Positions 40,841 through 51,711 of a stretch of 64,000 bases of DNA are shown here, piece by piece. Positions within the stretch are counted from its first letter, which is position 1. Each line of letters begins with the position of its first letter. Under the pieces are notes generated by a model. That model worked only from the letters and a program-made list of their open reading frames with translations. It was not told the origin of the DNA and made no database searches. Source of the stretch: Trichormus sp. ATA11-4-KO1 (GTDB taxonomy: Bacteria > Cyanobacteriota > Cyanobacteriia > Cyanobacteriales > Nostocaceae); NCBI GenBank assembly GCA_019358915.1, contig JAHHIM010000001.1:160001-224000 (forward strand). The letters are read 5' to 3'. A program made the position numbers and the translations under genes.

Positions 40841-41761
40841 TCAGCCACTCACTTGGGCCATCACAGTCCGATGACGTGGGGTATTGCTAGTGATTGTGGG
40901 AACTTGAAAACCAGCCTCCACTAAAACCTGCTCAATATCTAAGGCAAAATATTCATCTAAATAAGGTTCTGTACTTTTGAGCAGCGTCAAAATATATGGA
41001 GGCATTTTCTTGTAAACTTCAGATTGGGGATTCATGTCCATAATTGCCAAGTGACCACCCGGACGCAGCACACGCCGCATTTCTCCAAAAATCTTGCGAG
41101 TTGCTGACTGAGGTAATTCGTGGCACATCAAAAAAATTGAGACTAAATCAAACGAGGCATCTGGTAAGCCAGTAGATTCAGCTGTGGCATGAAGCCAATT
41201 AATCTTAGCTTGACGCTGTTGGGCGCGGTAGTGGGCAACAGCTAAAAAGTAAGGCGATAAGTCTAAGCCTGTAATCTGAGACTGGGGATAAACCTCTTGT
41301 AGGGCAAAGGTACTTAAACCAACGCTACATCCCACATCCAGAATATCTTGCGGATTATAGGAAAGCGAGTCTCTGAGAATATCGTGGTAACTTTGACGTA
41401 GTTTGGCATCACCTTGGGCTTCAGCATCCTGCCAAATTTTAGCGTGAACAGCATGAGCAGCAGGTTTTACTTCAAATGCAGCTTGCCAACTAAGATTACC
41501 AGTTTCGTAAGCATGGAATGAGGTGAGGTAATAGTCTGGATAAGAAAGTTGAGAATTCTTAACTTGAGCTAATTCTTGCGTCCAATCACGCGCCTGTAAT
41601 GCTTTTACTTCCTGTGTCCAAGGAACGCCAATTTTTTCAGCTCGTTTAATCATCATTTGTCTAGCTTGATGCTTGGCTAGATCGGCTAAAGGTTTAATAG
41701 CCAATATGCCATTTACCAAACGAGATGCTAAGCCAGGAGGAGTTGTTACAACAGCAGTCAT
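40841..41761 (-). CDS. Class I SAM-dependent methyltransferase
   Basis: ILDVGCSVG, GLDLSP, FDLV and RVLRPGG motifs. Confidence 0.9.
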   Translation of the reverse strand: MTAVVTTPPGLASRLVNGILAIKPLADLAKHQARQMMIKRAEKIGVPWTQEVKALQARDWTQELAQVKNSQLSYPDYYLTSFHAYETGNLSWQAAFEVKPAAHAVHAKIWQDAEAQGDAKLRQSYHDILRDSLSYNPQDILDVGCSVGLSTFALQEVYPQSQITGLDLSPYFLAVAHYRAQQRQAKINWLHATAESTGLPDASFDLVSIFLMCHELPQSATRKIFGEMRRVLRPGGHLAIMDMNPQSEVYKKMPPYILTLLKSTEPYLDEYFALDIEQVLVEAGFQVPTITSNTPRHRTVMAQVSG

Positions 41762-42019
41762 AAATCAGTTTGGGTTTAACAGCCTATTCTACTTATGACA
41801 CAATTAGGGAACAGGTGATAGGTGACAGGGAACGAAAGGTTATATGCGTTTCTTTCATTCCCAGCAGGTGGGGCACTTTCAATCAACACATTTAAATTTT
41901 TGTATTCTGGCCAAAGTGGGATGCTCCATTGGTCTAAGATTTGTAGTATTCCGATAACTTAGCCACACCAAAAAGCTGAGTAAGGTTTAAAAAACTACAA
42001 AAATTCTTGATAGTCAAGT

Positions 42020-42454
42020 ATGGCCAGAGTAAGAAGAAGAGCCAACGGCTTTTTAAGAGATTTTAAGGAATTTGCCCTTCAAGGCAATGTATTAGACTTA
42101 GCGATCGCAGTCATCATTGGTGCTGCTTTTGGTAGAATTGTCACTTCCTTTGTTGAGGATGTGATTATGCCATTCATTAATCCCTTGGTTGCTGTGACTG
42201 GCGAAGACTGGAGAACAATTACTGTTGGCCCAGGAATTAGAATCGGTAGTTTTCTCGGCGCGATCGTTGACTTTATCATCATTACCCTCATCATATTTGT
42301 AGCAGTACGAGCCTTACAAAGATTCAAAAGACAAGAAGAAGTCGCCGATGAACCCCCACCACCAGATCCTCATCTTGTCGCTCAGGAAAGACTAACTGGC
42401 GCGTTAGATAGGCTAACTGAAACCTTGGAATCTCACAATACTCAGGTTTTGTAA
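42020..42454 (+). CDS. mscL: Large-conductance mechanosensitive channel
   Basis: FKEFALQGNVLDLAIAVIIGAAFGRIV. Confidence 0.95.
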   Translation: MARVRRRANGFLRDFKEFALQGNVLDLAIAVIIGAAFGRIVTSFVEDVIMPFINPLVAVTGEDWRTITVGPGIRIGSFLGAIVDFIIITLIIFVAVRALQRFKRQEEVADEPPPPDPHLVAQERLTGALDRLTETLESHNTQVL

Positions 42455-42526
42455 GCATATTGGCAAAGAACCCAGAAACGCAAAGAGGACGGAGGAGCAA
42501 ATTGATAATTATTCCCCCTGTCCCCC

Positions 42527-42699
42527 CAGGGCTGATTCGTTCCCTAAAAGGGTTAAAATTGCAAGGGCAAATCCACAATTAAGACCGAAAATTTTGGCAT
42601 CTTCAGTCCGAAATACCTGATTTTTCTTTGCGTCTTTGCGCCTTTGCGTGAGATTATCCTCTTGACAAATCTCCAACACAAGCGAATGAAACAGCCCTA
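42527..42699 (-). mobile_element. 173-bp MITE, copy 3 (inverted), flanked by 10-bp direct repeat CCTGTCCCCC
   Basis: Reverse complement of copy 1 with about 1 difference; bases 42517-42526 equal 42700-42709. Confidence 0.9.
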
Positions 42700-42748
42700 C
42701 CTGTCCCCCTGTCCCCTTGTCCCCTTGTCCCCTTGTCTCCCACTCCCT

Positions 42749-44437
42749 CTATTTTGCAGTTTTCGGTTTCAGAGCTAACAACATCTCTAATTGACTGGTG
42801 GATTTGTCGGGACTGGTGGCGGTGACACCAAAACCACGAATGGAACTTAGGACTGTGTTGGCTTCAGATGGGATAGGTTGCCTTTTGGCCACAAAGCTAT
42901 TTAATAAAGATACAGTTTTTTCCATATCTAAGTAAAAGTAGCCAGCATTGGGCTTTTGCAATGAACCAGTTACAGCTTTGAAGGTGTCGCTACTATCAAG
43001 TTTGGGACTATTGGAAGTGGCGATCGCTTCAGCTACAGAACCACCTATTGCTAAAAATACAGTATTTTTATCTAGCCAACCGTGGGAAAATAACGCGCCT
43101 TGTCGGGGGATTTGCCACTCAGTTACGTCTTTACCGCCAATATTTCTTTTACTAATATTAATTTGTTGGGTTTTGGCGAGGTTATCTAGTTTACTCAAAG
43201 TCGCTTCTGCTGTTTGGCGATCGCTGGTTTCAAATATTAATGCTCCTCCAAAACCCACACTCGCCAACATACCTTGATTTGAGGGAATAGTACCAAAGGC
43301 GAATTCCTGATCCATCCACCCGAAAACGTCTTTATCTAGGTCAATATTGACAAACTTCAGTTGCCCCCGCACTTGCTGTATTATTTGGTTAAATTCAGGA
43401 TAATCTTTGGACTGTTCGACTAAGGTTGACCAACTCCGGCTGATACCATTACCAGTAATTAAAGCAAAGGTATCTGAGGGTAATTGTTTAACTATGTTTG
43501 CCGGAGTTGTTTGATACTCGAATTTATTCAGTTGCGGATCTAAATTAGCGATCGCTTTTAGCCGCACTCCCTGATCATCAATACCCACACGCGCCACCAA
43601 AGATTTTACTTGTTTCAACTGGGTCAAACTTTGTGGAGGTAGTTCCCTAGCCTGGGGACTTGCGGCTATCAATTGCTGTATCATGCCCCCGTAGTCTGGT
43701 ATGTAAACTTGTGCCAAGGTGTTTTTGACATCTGAACTTGCGGTAAGAATCGTATTGGCACCTTCTTGATTGGCAAAAGAGGGCTGTCCTTTAAAGGTGT
43801 CAATAGCCTTTTCTACAGCTTGCTTTTCAGGAGCTAATACTAAATGGTTATTATTGATAACTACGCTATATGTCTGTCTGCCATTTTCTGTAGTTTCCGT
43901 AATTTTTTCACCTTTGTAATCAGATTCCTGGCTTTTGACACCTTTTTGCCCTTTCCACTTATTAGCAAAATTTAAAGCGTTGAGTTTATCTTTGATGCCT
44001 ACTACCATCAAGACATTAGGTTCTGGTTGTACTTTGGTAGCAGAATTAGGCTCTGTAGAAGGCTTATTCGACTGTGCAAGTTTAGTAGGATTAGGCGGTA
44101 GCATAGCAAACATCACACCACCCACCCAAGGCTTGATATCTTTTTCGTAAGAAATATCACTTTCACTAAAAAAATCTTCGTTAAAATCTTCTAAGCCTTT
44201 TGCGATTAACTTTTGTGTTTCTGGAGTGCCAAACTGTTGTAATTTTGCCCAAGCTTGTGGGTCAGTTGTAATATAAGTTGCCATCAGCGCTGTGGAAGGG
44301 ACTAATTTAGCACTACCTAAAGCGCCTGAGCTATCACCAGATAGACCTTTAAAATATATATAAGCAGCTACACTTCCTGCTATGACTACAGCAGCACCAA
44401 CAGCAGGAATTAACAAATTTGATTTACGTTCAGGCAT
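42749..44437 (-). CDS. Membrane-anchored DUF3352-like protein
   Basis: Single N-terminal TM helix and a duplicated alpha/beta body (YEKDIKPWVG / LDKDVFGWMD). The family assignment is from recall. Confidence 0.75.
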   Translation of the reverse strand: MPERKSNLLIPAVGAAVVIAGSVAAYIYFKGLSGDSSGALGSAKLVPSTALMATYITTDPQAWAKLQQFGTPETQKLIAKGLEDFNEDFFSESDISYEKDIKPWVGGVMFAMLPPNPTKLAQSNKPSTEPNSATKVQPEPNVLMVVGIKDKLNALNFANKWKGQKGVKSQESDYKGEKITETTENGRQTYSVVINNNHLVLAPEKQAVEKAIDTFKGQPSFANQEGANTILTASSDVKNTLAQVYIPDYGGMIQQLIAASPQARELPPQSLTQLKQVKSLVARVGIDDQGVRLKAIANLDPQLNKFEYQTTPANIVKQLPSDTFALITGNGISRSWSTLVEQSKDYPEFNQIIQQVRGQLKFVNIDLDKDVFGWMDQEFAFGTIPSNQGMLASVGFGGALIFETSDRQTAEATLSKLDNLAKTQQINISKRNIGGKDVTEWQIPRQGALFSHGWLDKNTVFLAIGGSVAEAIATSNSPKLDSSDTFKAVTGSLQKPNAGYFYLDMEKTVSLLNSFVAKRQPIPSEANTVLSSIRGFGVTATSPDKSTSQLEMLLALKPKTAK

Positions 44438-45003
44438 TATTACTGTCCTCTTTTCTTCAAATTGTCACCGAGGCGAGTACAAACGTCATTGTAGAGTTCT
44501 CGGAATTGTTCGTAATTTTCACTAATTTATGCGGTAAATACTGACAAAATTAGTGAATTTACACATTCTGGCTCAAAAAACGCTACAAACAATACTTCAA
44601 TCAGGTGAGATGCAAATCCGCACGACAAGGGGACAAGGGGATAGGGGGACAAGGGGATAAAGGGATAAAGGCGAATTCTTGACTCAGCACTCCCCTTCGA
44701 CTTCGCTCAGGGCCAGCGCACTCAGCACTCAGCACTTTTTCCCTTCTTGATAGTGGCAAGCTATTCTAAACTATAGGAAGACTTGGGAGTATTTGTACTC
44801 AATGGAAATTTAACGAGATGTAAGAAACTCTTGATCCGATCACAAAAAGGCACACGATATCAGCCCAATCAAATTTGCTAGGTAGAGATAAGATTAATTC
44901 TCACCTGCCAAGAGCCTTTTTAATTTGGGCAATAAACCAGATAGTGTGATTTTTGGAATACATCTAGGTAGACTTTTCAGGATTAAAAGGTTAGTAAGCA
45001 TCA

Positions 45004-47589
45004 ATGTTGCAGTCTTATTTTGATACAGAGAATAACGGTCACAAATCTTTTGAGTTACCAGGCTCAAGACCACACTATAATCCCGATCGCCCTGGACAGG
45101 TAGAGCATATTTTTCTCGATCTCAGCTTGGATATTCCTCACCAAAGTTACCACGGTAGTTGCAGCATTCGCCTATTGCCCGTTCGCAGTGGTATTGATCG
45201 TTTGACTTTGGATGCTGTCAACTTAAATATCCAATCTGTGCAGGTAGACGAGGTAGAACAAAATTTTGATTACAATGGCGAACATCTGGCGATTAAACTT
45301 ACTCAACCAACGCAGATTGGCAAACGGCTATTAATTGCGATCGCCTATGCTGTGGAAAAACCCCAACGCGGTATCTACTTTGTTCAACCAGACCAACACT
45401 ACCCCAACAAGCCTACCCAAGTCTGGACTCAAGGCGAAGACGAAGACTCGCGTTTCTGGTTTCCCTGTTTCGATTACCCAGGACAATTGTCTACTTCGGA
45501 AATCCGCGTTCGTGTTCCTAAACACCTGGTAGCTATTTCCAACGGCGAACTCATTGACACCCGAAAAGATGGTGATCATAAAATCTACCATTGGTCACAA
45601 CAACAAGTTCATCCTACGTATTTGATGACTTTAGCGGTAGGTGATTTTGCGGAAATTCGTGACGAGTGGCAAGGTAAACCTGTTACCTACTACGTAGAAA
45701 AAAGTAGAAAAGATGATGCTAAACGCAGCATGGGCAAAACTCCCCGCATGATGGAGTTTTTGAGTGAAAAGTATGGTTATCAATACGCCTTTCCCAAATA
45801 TGCTCAAGTTTGCGTGGATGACTTCATCTTTGGGGGAATGGAAAATACTTCCACAACTCTATTAACAGACCGATGTTTGCTGGATGAACGCGCCACCTTA
45901 GATAATCGCACTACAGAAAGTTTAGTTGTCCACGAATTAGCACATCAGTGGTTTGGTGATTTGCTGGTAATTAAGCACTGGTCTCATGCTTGGATTAAGG
46001 AAGGTATGGCTTCCTACTCTGAGGTGATGTGGACAGAACATGAATATGGCGACCAAGATGCAGCATACTATCGTTTATTAGAAGCCCGGAGTTACTTCAG
46101 CGAAGATAGCAGCCGTTACCGTCGGCCGATGGTAACTCATGTTTACCGGGAAGCGATCGAACTTTATGATCGCCATATTTACGAAAAAGGCTCTTGTGTT
46201 TATCACATGATCCGAGCAGAATTGGGAGAAGAATTATTTTGGCCAGCAATTCAAACTTTTGTTCAAGATAATGCTCACAAAACTGTAGAAACAGTAGACT
46301 TACTACGGGCTATTGAAAAAGCAACTGGACGTAATCTTGCTTTTCTCTTTGACCAGTACGTTTATCGTGGCGGTCATCCTGATTTTAAAGTAACTTACTC
46401 GTGGGATGGCGATGCTAATTTAGCAAAAGTTACAGTCACTCAAACCCAAGCCGACAAGAATAATAGTCAGGATTTGTTTGACCTGAAAATCCCCATTGGT
46501 TTTGGCTACGTTCAACAGGGTGAACCTGCACAACTCAAAACTTTTACTGTACGGGTACATGAACGCGAACAAAGCTTTTACTTCCCACTCACAGAAAAGC
46601 CCCAATTTATCAGCTTTGATGTAGGCAATCATTTCTTGAAAACTGTGTCTTTAGAGTATCCCGTACCAGAGTTGAAAGCACAGTTAGAATTTGACCCTAA
46701 CCCAATTTCTCGCATCTATGCAGCAGAAGCTTTAGCAAAAAAAGGTGGATTAGAAGCAACTAAAGCACTATCGGCTGCACTCAAAAATGATTCATTTTGG
46801 GGTGTACAGGTAGAAGTAGCTAAACAACTGGCAGAAGTTAAATTAGATCAAGCCTTTAATGGGTTAGTTCCTGGGTTACAAGACCAAAATGCTTTTGTGC
46901 GGCGTGCTGTAGTGGAAGCATTGGCAAAAATTAAAACCTATGAAAGCTATAAGGCTGTAAAAGAGTTAGTGAAAAATGGTGATCCTAGTTACTACGTGGA
47001 AGCCGCCGCTTCTCGTGCTGTGGGGGCGATCGCTGCTGCTAACTTGGATGAAAAACCCAAAGAAGAAAAGGTCATCAAGCTGCTGCAATCTGTGTTAGAA
47101 GAAAGAGCAGGTTGGAATGAAGTCGTGCGTAGTGGGGCAATTGGCGGTTTAGCTGAACTCAAAACCTCGGAATCCGCTTTAAATCTGTTGCTAGAATACA
47201 CCAAACTTGGTATTCCTCAACCATTGCGTTTAGCAGCAATCCGGGCTTTAGGCAAGATTTCTGTAGGTCAAAGTCCGGTTAATTTAGAACGGATTTTAGA
47301 TAAATTAGCAGAACTAGCCAAAGAAACCTTCTTTTTAACCCAAATGGCAGTAGTAGCAGCATTGGGACAAATGGAAACACCCAAAGCCATCGGCATTTTG
47401 CGATCGTTAGCCGACCAAACCGCCGATGGACGTGTGCGTCGTTCTGCTGATGAACAAATTGCCAAAGTGCAAAAGAATGTCGGTACAGACAAGGCGTTGC
47501 GTCAGTTGCGAGAGGAACTCGACCAACTCAAACAACAAAATCAAGAACTCAAAAGCCGTTTGGCAGATTTAGAAGCTAAATCTCGGTAA
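45004..47589 (+). CDS. pepN: M1 aminopeptidase with HEAT repeats and C-terminal coiled coil
   Basis: GGMEN, HELAHQWFG...WIKEG (HExxH-x18-E) and YEKG motifs; HEAT-like repeats towards the C-terminus. Confidence 0.92.
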   Translation: MLQSYFDTENNGHKSFELPGSRPHYNPDRPGQVEHIFLDLSLDIPHQSYHGSCSIRLLPVRSGIDRLTLDAVNLNIQSVQVDEVEQNFDYNGEHLAIKLTQPTQIGKRLLIAIAYAVEKPQRGIYFVQPDQHYPNKPTQVWTQGEDEDSRFWFPCFDYPGQLSTSEIRVRVPKHLVAISNGELIDTRKDGDHKIYHWSQQQVHPTYLMTLAVGDFAEIRDEWQGKPVTYYVEKSRKDDAKRSMGKTPRMMEFLSEKYGYQYAFPKYAQVCVDDFIFGGMENTSTTLLTDRCLLDERATLDNRTTESLVVHELAHQWFGDLLVIKHWSHAWIKEGMASYSEVMWTEHEYGDQDAAYYRLLEARSYFSEDSSRYRRPMVTHVYREAIELYDRHIYEKGSCVYHMIRAELGEELFWPAIQTFVQDNAHKTVETVDLLRAIEKATGRNLAFLFDQYVYRGGHPDFKVTYSWDGDANLAKVTVTQTQADKNNSQDLFDLKIPIGFGYVQQGEPAQLKTFTVRVHEREQSFYFPLTEKPQFISFDVGNHFLKTVSLEYPVPELKAQLEFDPNPISRIYAAEALAKKGGLEATKALSAALKNDSFWGVQVEVAKQLAEVKLDQAFNGLVPGLQDQNAFVRRAVVEALAKIKTYESYKAVKELVKNGDPSYYVEAAASRAVGAIAAANLDEKPKEEKVIKLLQSVLEERAGWNEVVRSGAIGGLAELKTSESALNLLLEYTKLGIPQPLRLAAIRALGKISVGQSPVNLERILDKLAELAKETFFLTQMAVVAALGQMETPKAIGILRSLADQTADGRVRRSADEQIAKVQKNVGTDKALRQLREELDQLKQQNQELKSRLADLEAKSR

Positions 47590-47869
47590 GTGGAATGGGG
47601 GACTGGAGAGGCGACTTCTACCTAGTTCCCAGTCCTCTTGTCCACTACGAAAAAGTTGTACTTTTATAAAGTATAATTAAGAAAAAGATAAAAAAATCTG
47701 GGTGATAAGGTAGGCTAAAACCGCAGAAAATATTACCCGGAACAGATTTAAGTTTAATAGTTTTCTATAAAAAACTAAAGATATTCTCAACTTGCAATTA
47801 ACCTTGTAGGTTGGAGAACAAAAAACAACCATCAATGTAGATTTCCCAGTTGAAGAGGCAAATAAAGGC

Positions 47870-49576
47870 GTGGGTCAGTATCAACCTGCTCAGCTAAGGC
47901 GCTACAATCCAGATGCGATCGCTCGTTACTATCGTTACCGTCCCTGGCTGGCTTGGGGACGAGTGCTAAAAATTATCTGGTCTTTTGCTGGATTTATTTT
48001 TAGTCTCAAGTGGGACGAATGGCAAGACCAAGTTGAGCAGAACAGGGGTAAACGTGCCATCCAATTACGAGAATTGCTCACTCGGCTTGGCCCTACTTTC
48101 ATTAAAGTGGGTCAAGCACTATCCACTCGCCCAGACTTAGTACGTAAAGATTTCTTAGATGAACTAATCAAGCTGCAAGACCAGTTACCACCTTTTGATA
48201 ATGCGATCGCTTATCAAATTATTGAAAACGAGTTAGCTCGTCCAATTAAGGAAGTTTATAGTGAGTTGTCACCTAGTCCAGTAGCAGCCGCTAGTTTAGG
48301 TCAAGTGTATCGTGGTCGTCTACTCAGTGGCGAAGAAGTGGCGGTGAAGGTGCAACGTCCCTACTTACGCCCAGTCATCACACTCGACCTTTATTTGCTG
48401 CGTTGGGCGGCTAGTTGGTTAGCACCTTGGCTACCCCTGAATCTCGGTCACGACCTGACTTTAATTGTGGATGAGTTTGGCATCAAGTTATTTGAGGAAA
48501 TTGATTACATCAATGAAGGTCGGAACGCGGAAAAATTTGCTCACAATTTTCGCAACGACCCGCGCGTGAAAGTTCCAGCTATTTACTGGCGTTATACTAA
48601 CACCCGTGTTTTAACTCTGGAATGGATTCACGGCTTCAAACTCACAGATACTACAAGAATCAAGGAAGCAGGTTTAGACCCAGAAGGTATTATCCAAATC
48701 GGTGTGACTTCTGGTTTACAGCAACTATTGGAACATGGTTTCTTCCATGCTGACCCCCATCCGGGAAATTTGTTCGCTATGCCAGATGGTCGTATGGCTT
48801 ACATTGACTTTGGCATGATGGATCAGTTGGAGGAAAATACTAAGGAAACTTTGGTAGATGCTCTAGTACATCTAGTTAACAAAGAATACGCTGATTTAGC
48901 CATAGACTTTGTGAATTTGGGTTTTCTGACTCCAGACACAAATATTTGCCCAATAATTCCGGCATTAGAGTCAGTATTGGGAAATGCCATTGGTAAAAAC
49001 GTCGGGGAATTTAACTTCAGAACCATCACTGATGAGTTCTCGGAACTGATGTATGAATATCCTTTCCGAGTGCCGGCGAAGTTTGCCTTAATTATTCGTT
49101 CTCTAGTGACTCAAGAAGGTATTGCCCTCAGCCTCAACCCTAATTTCAAAATAGTTGAGGTGGGTTATCCCTACATAGCCAGGCGATTACTGACTGGAGA
49201 ATCTCCCGAATTACGGCGACGCTTACTGAACGTGCTATTTAAAAATGGTAAATTCCAGTGGCAGCGCTTAGAGAATTTAATTGCGATCGCTCGTACTGAT
49301 GGCAACTTTGATGTATTACCCACAGCACAGATGGGGTTGCAATTTTTGTTATCTGATGAAGGGAAATTTCTCCGGCGACAGTTAGTGCTAGCACTTACCG
49401 AAGATGACCGTCTGCATACCGAAGAAGTTCAACGACTTTGGGATTTAGTCAAAGATGACATCAAGCCGACTCGTTTATTCAACGTAGCGATCGGCATGTT
49501 AACAGAGTTATCTAGAGAAGGTGTATCTGCCATCTTGCCAAACTCTAGTTTTTTCGTTCCTTCCATTAAAAAATAA
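47870..49576 (+). CDS. ABC1/AarF/UbiB atypical kinase
   Basis: LGPTFIKVGQ, AAASLGQV, VAVKVQ, FFHADPHPGN and DFG motifs. Confidence 0.95.
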   Translation: MGQYQPAQLRRYNPDAIARYYRYRPWLAWGRVLKIIWSFAGFIFSLKWDEWQDQVEQNRGKRAIQLRELLTRLGPTFIKVGQALSTRPDLVRKDFLDELIKLQDQLPPFDNAIAYQIIENELARPIKEVYSELSPSPVAAASLGQVYRGRLLSGEEVAVKVQRPYLRPVITLDLYLLRWAASWLAPWLPLNLGHDLTLIVDEFGIKLFEEIDYINEGRNAEKFAHNFRNDPRVKVPAIYWRYTNTRVLTLEWIHGFKLTDTTRIKEAGLDPEGIIQIGVTSGLQQLLEHGFFHADPHPGNLFAMPDGRMAYIDFGMMDQLEENTKETLVDALVHLVNKEYADLAIDFVNLGFLTPDTNICPIIPALESVLGNAIGKNVGEFNFRTITDEFSELMYEYPFRVPAKFALIIRSLVTQEGIALSLNPNFKIVEVGYPYIARRLLTGESPELRRRLLNVLFKNGKFQWQRLENLIAIARTDGNFDVLPTAQMGLQFLLSDEGKFLRRQLVLALTEDDRLHTEEVQRLWDLVKDDIKPTRLFNVAIGMLTELSREGVSAILPNSSFFVPSIKK

Positions 49577-49640
49577 AAATGTCAAATTTTTTACTGTCTT
49601 GCTTGTACCTGTGATTTTTTAATATCAATCCGGAGTTTTC

Positions 49641-50009
49641 ATGTACTATTACCCTGCACAACCGCCCTCTTTGCTGCTAATTATTGGTTTGTTGATCGCA
49701 TTAACTTCTGGTTTTGCTTTATCTGGCACGCTGAAAGTCATCGTGCAGCAATGGCAAAAAAATAGTACAGAAGACTCTAAATCTCCTTCCTCACTGAGAC
49801 AATTATTTGTGCCATTTCTAGGAATAACTGGCGGTGTTTGTCTATTTCTCTGCTCAGGTTTAGAGATATTTGGCTTTCCGTCTTTCTTAGCTTTAGCAGT
49901 TGGATTGCCAATTAGTTTTTTAACTTGCTTATTGGTGTGGTTGCAATTAGGAAGTATGCTGACTTTTGCCCAACGCCAAGGAATGCAATCTCTAGATTTA
50001 GATTCTTGA
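49641..50009 (+). CDS. Hypothetical membrane protein
   Basis: Three hydrophobic segments; GGAG RBS. Confidence 0.7.
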   Translation: MYYYPAQPPSLLLIIGLLIALTSGFALSGTLKVIVQQWQKNSTEDSKSPSSLRQLFVPFLGITGGVCLFLCSGLEIFGFPSFLALAVGLPISFLTCLLVWLQLGSMLTFAQRQGMQSLDLDS

Positions 50010-50134
50010 TCTGAGACGAGGATCAGATGTTTGCCTCTACTTTGCATACCTGTGCAAAGTTCTTCATCCTAGCTTTATCTGGTATGAGCTAAATTACTGA
50101 TGGATAGTGATAGCCATCAAGTCAGGAATTGATT

Positions 50135-50542
50135 ATGACTCAAAATGAGAATAGTAATCCATCAAATACCAATGTAGTTTCTTCACATTCTGGTGAACGA
50201 CATTGGGGTACGGTAGAAGTGATAGAGGAAGGGGAAAGCTATAGAATTAGTCGTGTTGAAATTAAGCCCAGACACGGTATTAAGCCACAAATCCATTATC
50301 ACCGTAATGAACATTGGGTTGTCGTCTCCGGTGTAGCTAAGGTAACTTGTGGAGAGGAAGAAAAATTATTGAATCGCAACGAATCAACTTTTGTCCCCTC
50401 AGCAACTTTGCATAAGGTAGAAAACCCAGGACAAATTCCGTTAGTGATTCTGGAAATTCAAAATGGTGAATACTTGGGTGAAGATGATATTGAACGACCT
50501 TATGAACTCAATGTGGTCAAGCCTGTCAATGAAAACCAGTAA
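50135..50542 (+). CDS. Cupin protein, mannose-6-phosphate isomerase type II C-terminal domain
   Basis: RHWG, HYHRNEHWVVVSG and EIQNGEYLGEDDIER motifs. Confidence 0.9.
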   Translation: MTQNENSNPSNTNVVSSHSGERHWGTVEVIEEGESYRISRVEIKPRHGIKPQIHYHRNEHWVVVSGVAKVTCGEEEKLLNRNESTFVPSATLHKVENPGQIPLVILEIQNGEYLGEDDIERPYELNVVKPVNENQ

Positions 50543-50624
50543 GTGATAATTGCAATAAAGTAAGCTAAATAATTTGTTATCCAGTGCCAAATTATTTAGC
50601 TTCTACCTAATTATTATGCCAGAG

Positions 50625-50755
50625 TAAGTAGGTGGGTGGGAAAATTTATCGCTAGGATAAGGCAGAAGGCAGAAGGCAGGAGGCAGAAGGGAAGAGGGTT
50701 TTAAGCTGATTCATTTTTCTTTACATAGTTGATTTTATTTGTGCCTACCTACTTA
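50625..50755. mobile_element. MITE-like element
   Basis: TIRs TAAGTAGGTGGG / CCTACCTACTTA with GAG on both flanks (possible 3-bp TSD); internal (AGGCAGA)n heptamers. Confidence 0.65.
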
Positions 50756-50774
50756 GAGCAAGAGTATTTACTAC

Positions 50775-51533
50775 TTAAAACCATCCCTCTTGTTCCAGAG
50801 TTTCAATTAGCTGTAACCCACGAGGATCACCTACGCCTAACAGTGAGGCTTTGGCATCTTCTCTTACTCCCAAATCTTGGTCTTCGGCAAAGGCTTGAAT
50901 CAGCGCATCAATCGCCGTGGCATAAACAATATTAGAAGGCAATTCCCGACACAACTGGCCAATTGTCCAAGCGCAATTACTGCGCACGGCTGCTACTGGG
51001 TCTTGGACTAAGGCTTCAATTAGTGGGGGTATGGCTCCCACAACGGCTTCATAGCCCACGTCTGCCATTTGTGCTAAGGCACTAGCAGACCATAAACGTA
51101 CTGCGGAAATATCGGTTCTTAAGGCATCTGCTAAAGGTGCTAAAGAACGGCGATCGCGGCAGTTTCCTAAAGCCCAAACTACACCTTTACGTACATAGCC
51201 ATTCCAGTCTTTGTGGAGTTGAATAATTAACGGTTCCACTGCTTCTGGACTGGGATTGCGCCCAATGCCGTAGGCTGCACTCACTCGCACTAAGGGACAG
51301 GTATCAGTTAACAGGCGAATTAGATGGGGGATAGCTCGTGTATCTTCAATATCGCAAAAAGCACGAGCTGCTAACATCCGTTGCTGGGGTTGGGAATTTT
51401 CCAAAAGAGCTAGCATCACTTCTGGGTCGGGCCTTGCCACTTCTGACTCAGCAGTTAGCGGCTTTATCTTATCTAGGGGGCTTTCTAGCTCTTCCTCAGC
51501 ATCGAGTAGGCTTAGGTCTTCTTCGTCATACAT
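50775..51533 (-). CDS. HEAT-repeat (PBS-lyase-like) protein
   Basis: Repeated units LVRVSAAYGIG, YVRKGVVWALG, AVRLWSASALA and AVRSNCAWTIG. Confidence 0.88.
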   Translation of the reverse strand: MYDEEDLSLLDAEEELESPLDKIKPLTAESEVARPDPEVMLALLENSQPQQRMLAARAFCDIEDTRAIPHLIRLLTDTCPLVRVSAAYGIGRNPSPEAVEPLIIQLHKDWNGYVRKGVVWALGNCRDRRSLAPLADALRTDISAVRLWSASALAQMADVGYEAVVGAIPPLIEALVQDPVAAVRSNCAWTIGQLCRELPSNIVYATAIDALIQAFAEDQDLGVREDAKASLLGVGDPRGLQLIETLEQEGWF

Positions 51534-51711
51534 ATTTCATTTAAATGCCCGAGTGGGATTTACACATAACCCCCCGTGCTAATAAGTCAAAGCTTGATAG
51601 GTATCAGCTAGATTATTGTACACTTTATCATCCACATCATTGACTGTTAGCAGCAGGGCAAATATTGTAGCTAACGCGCTACAGGATGCTTCTTTTATCC
51701 ACTAGATTTAT

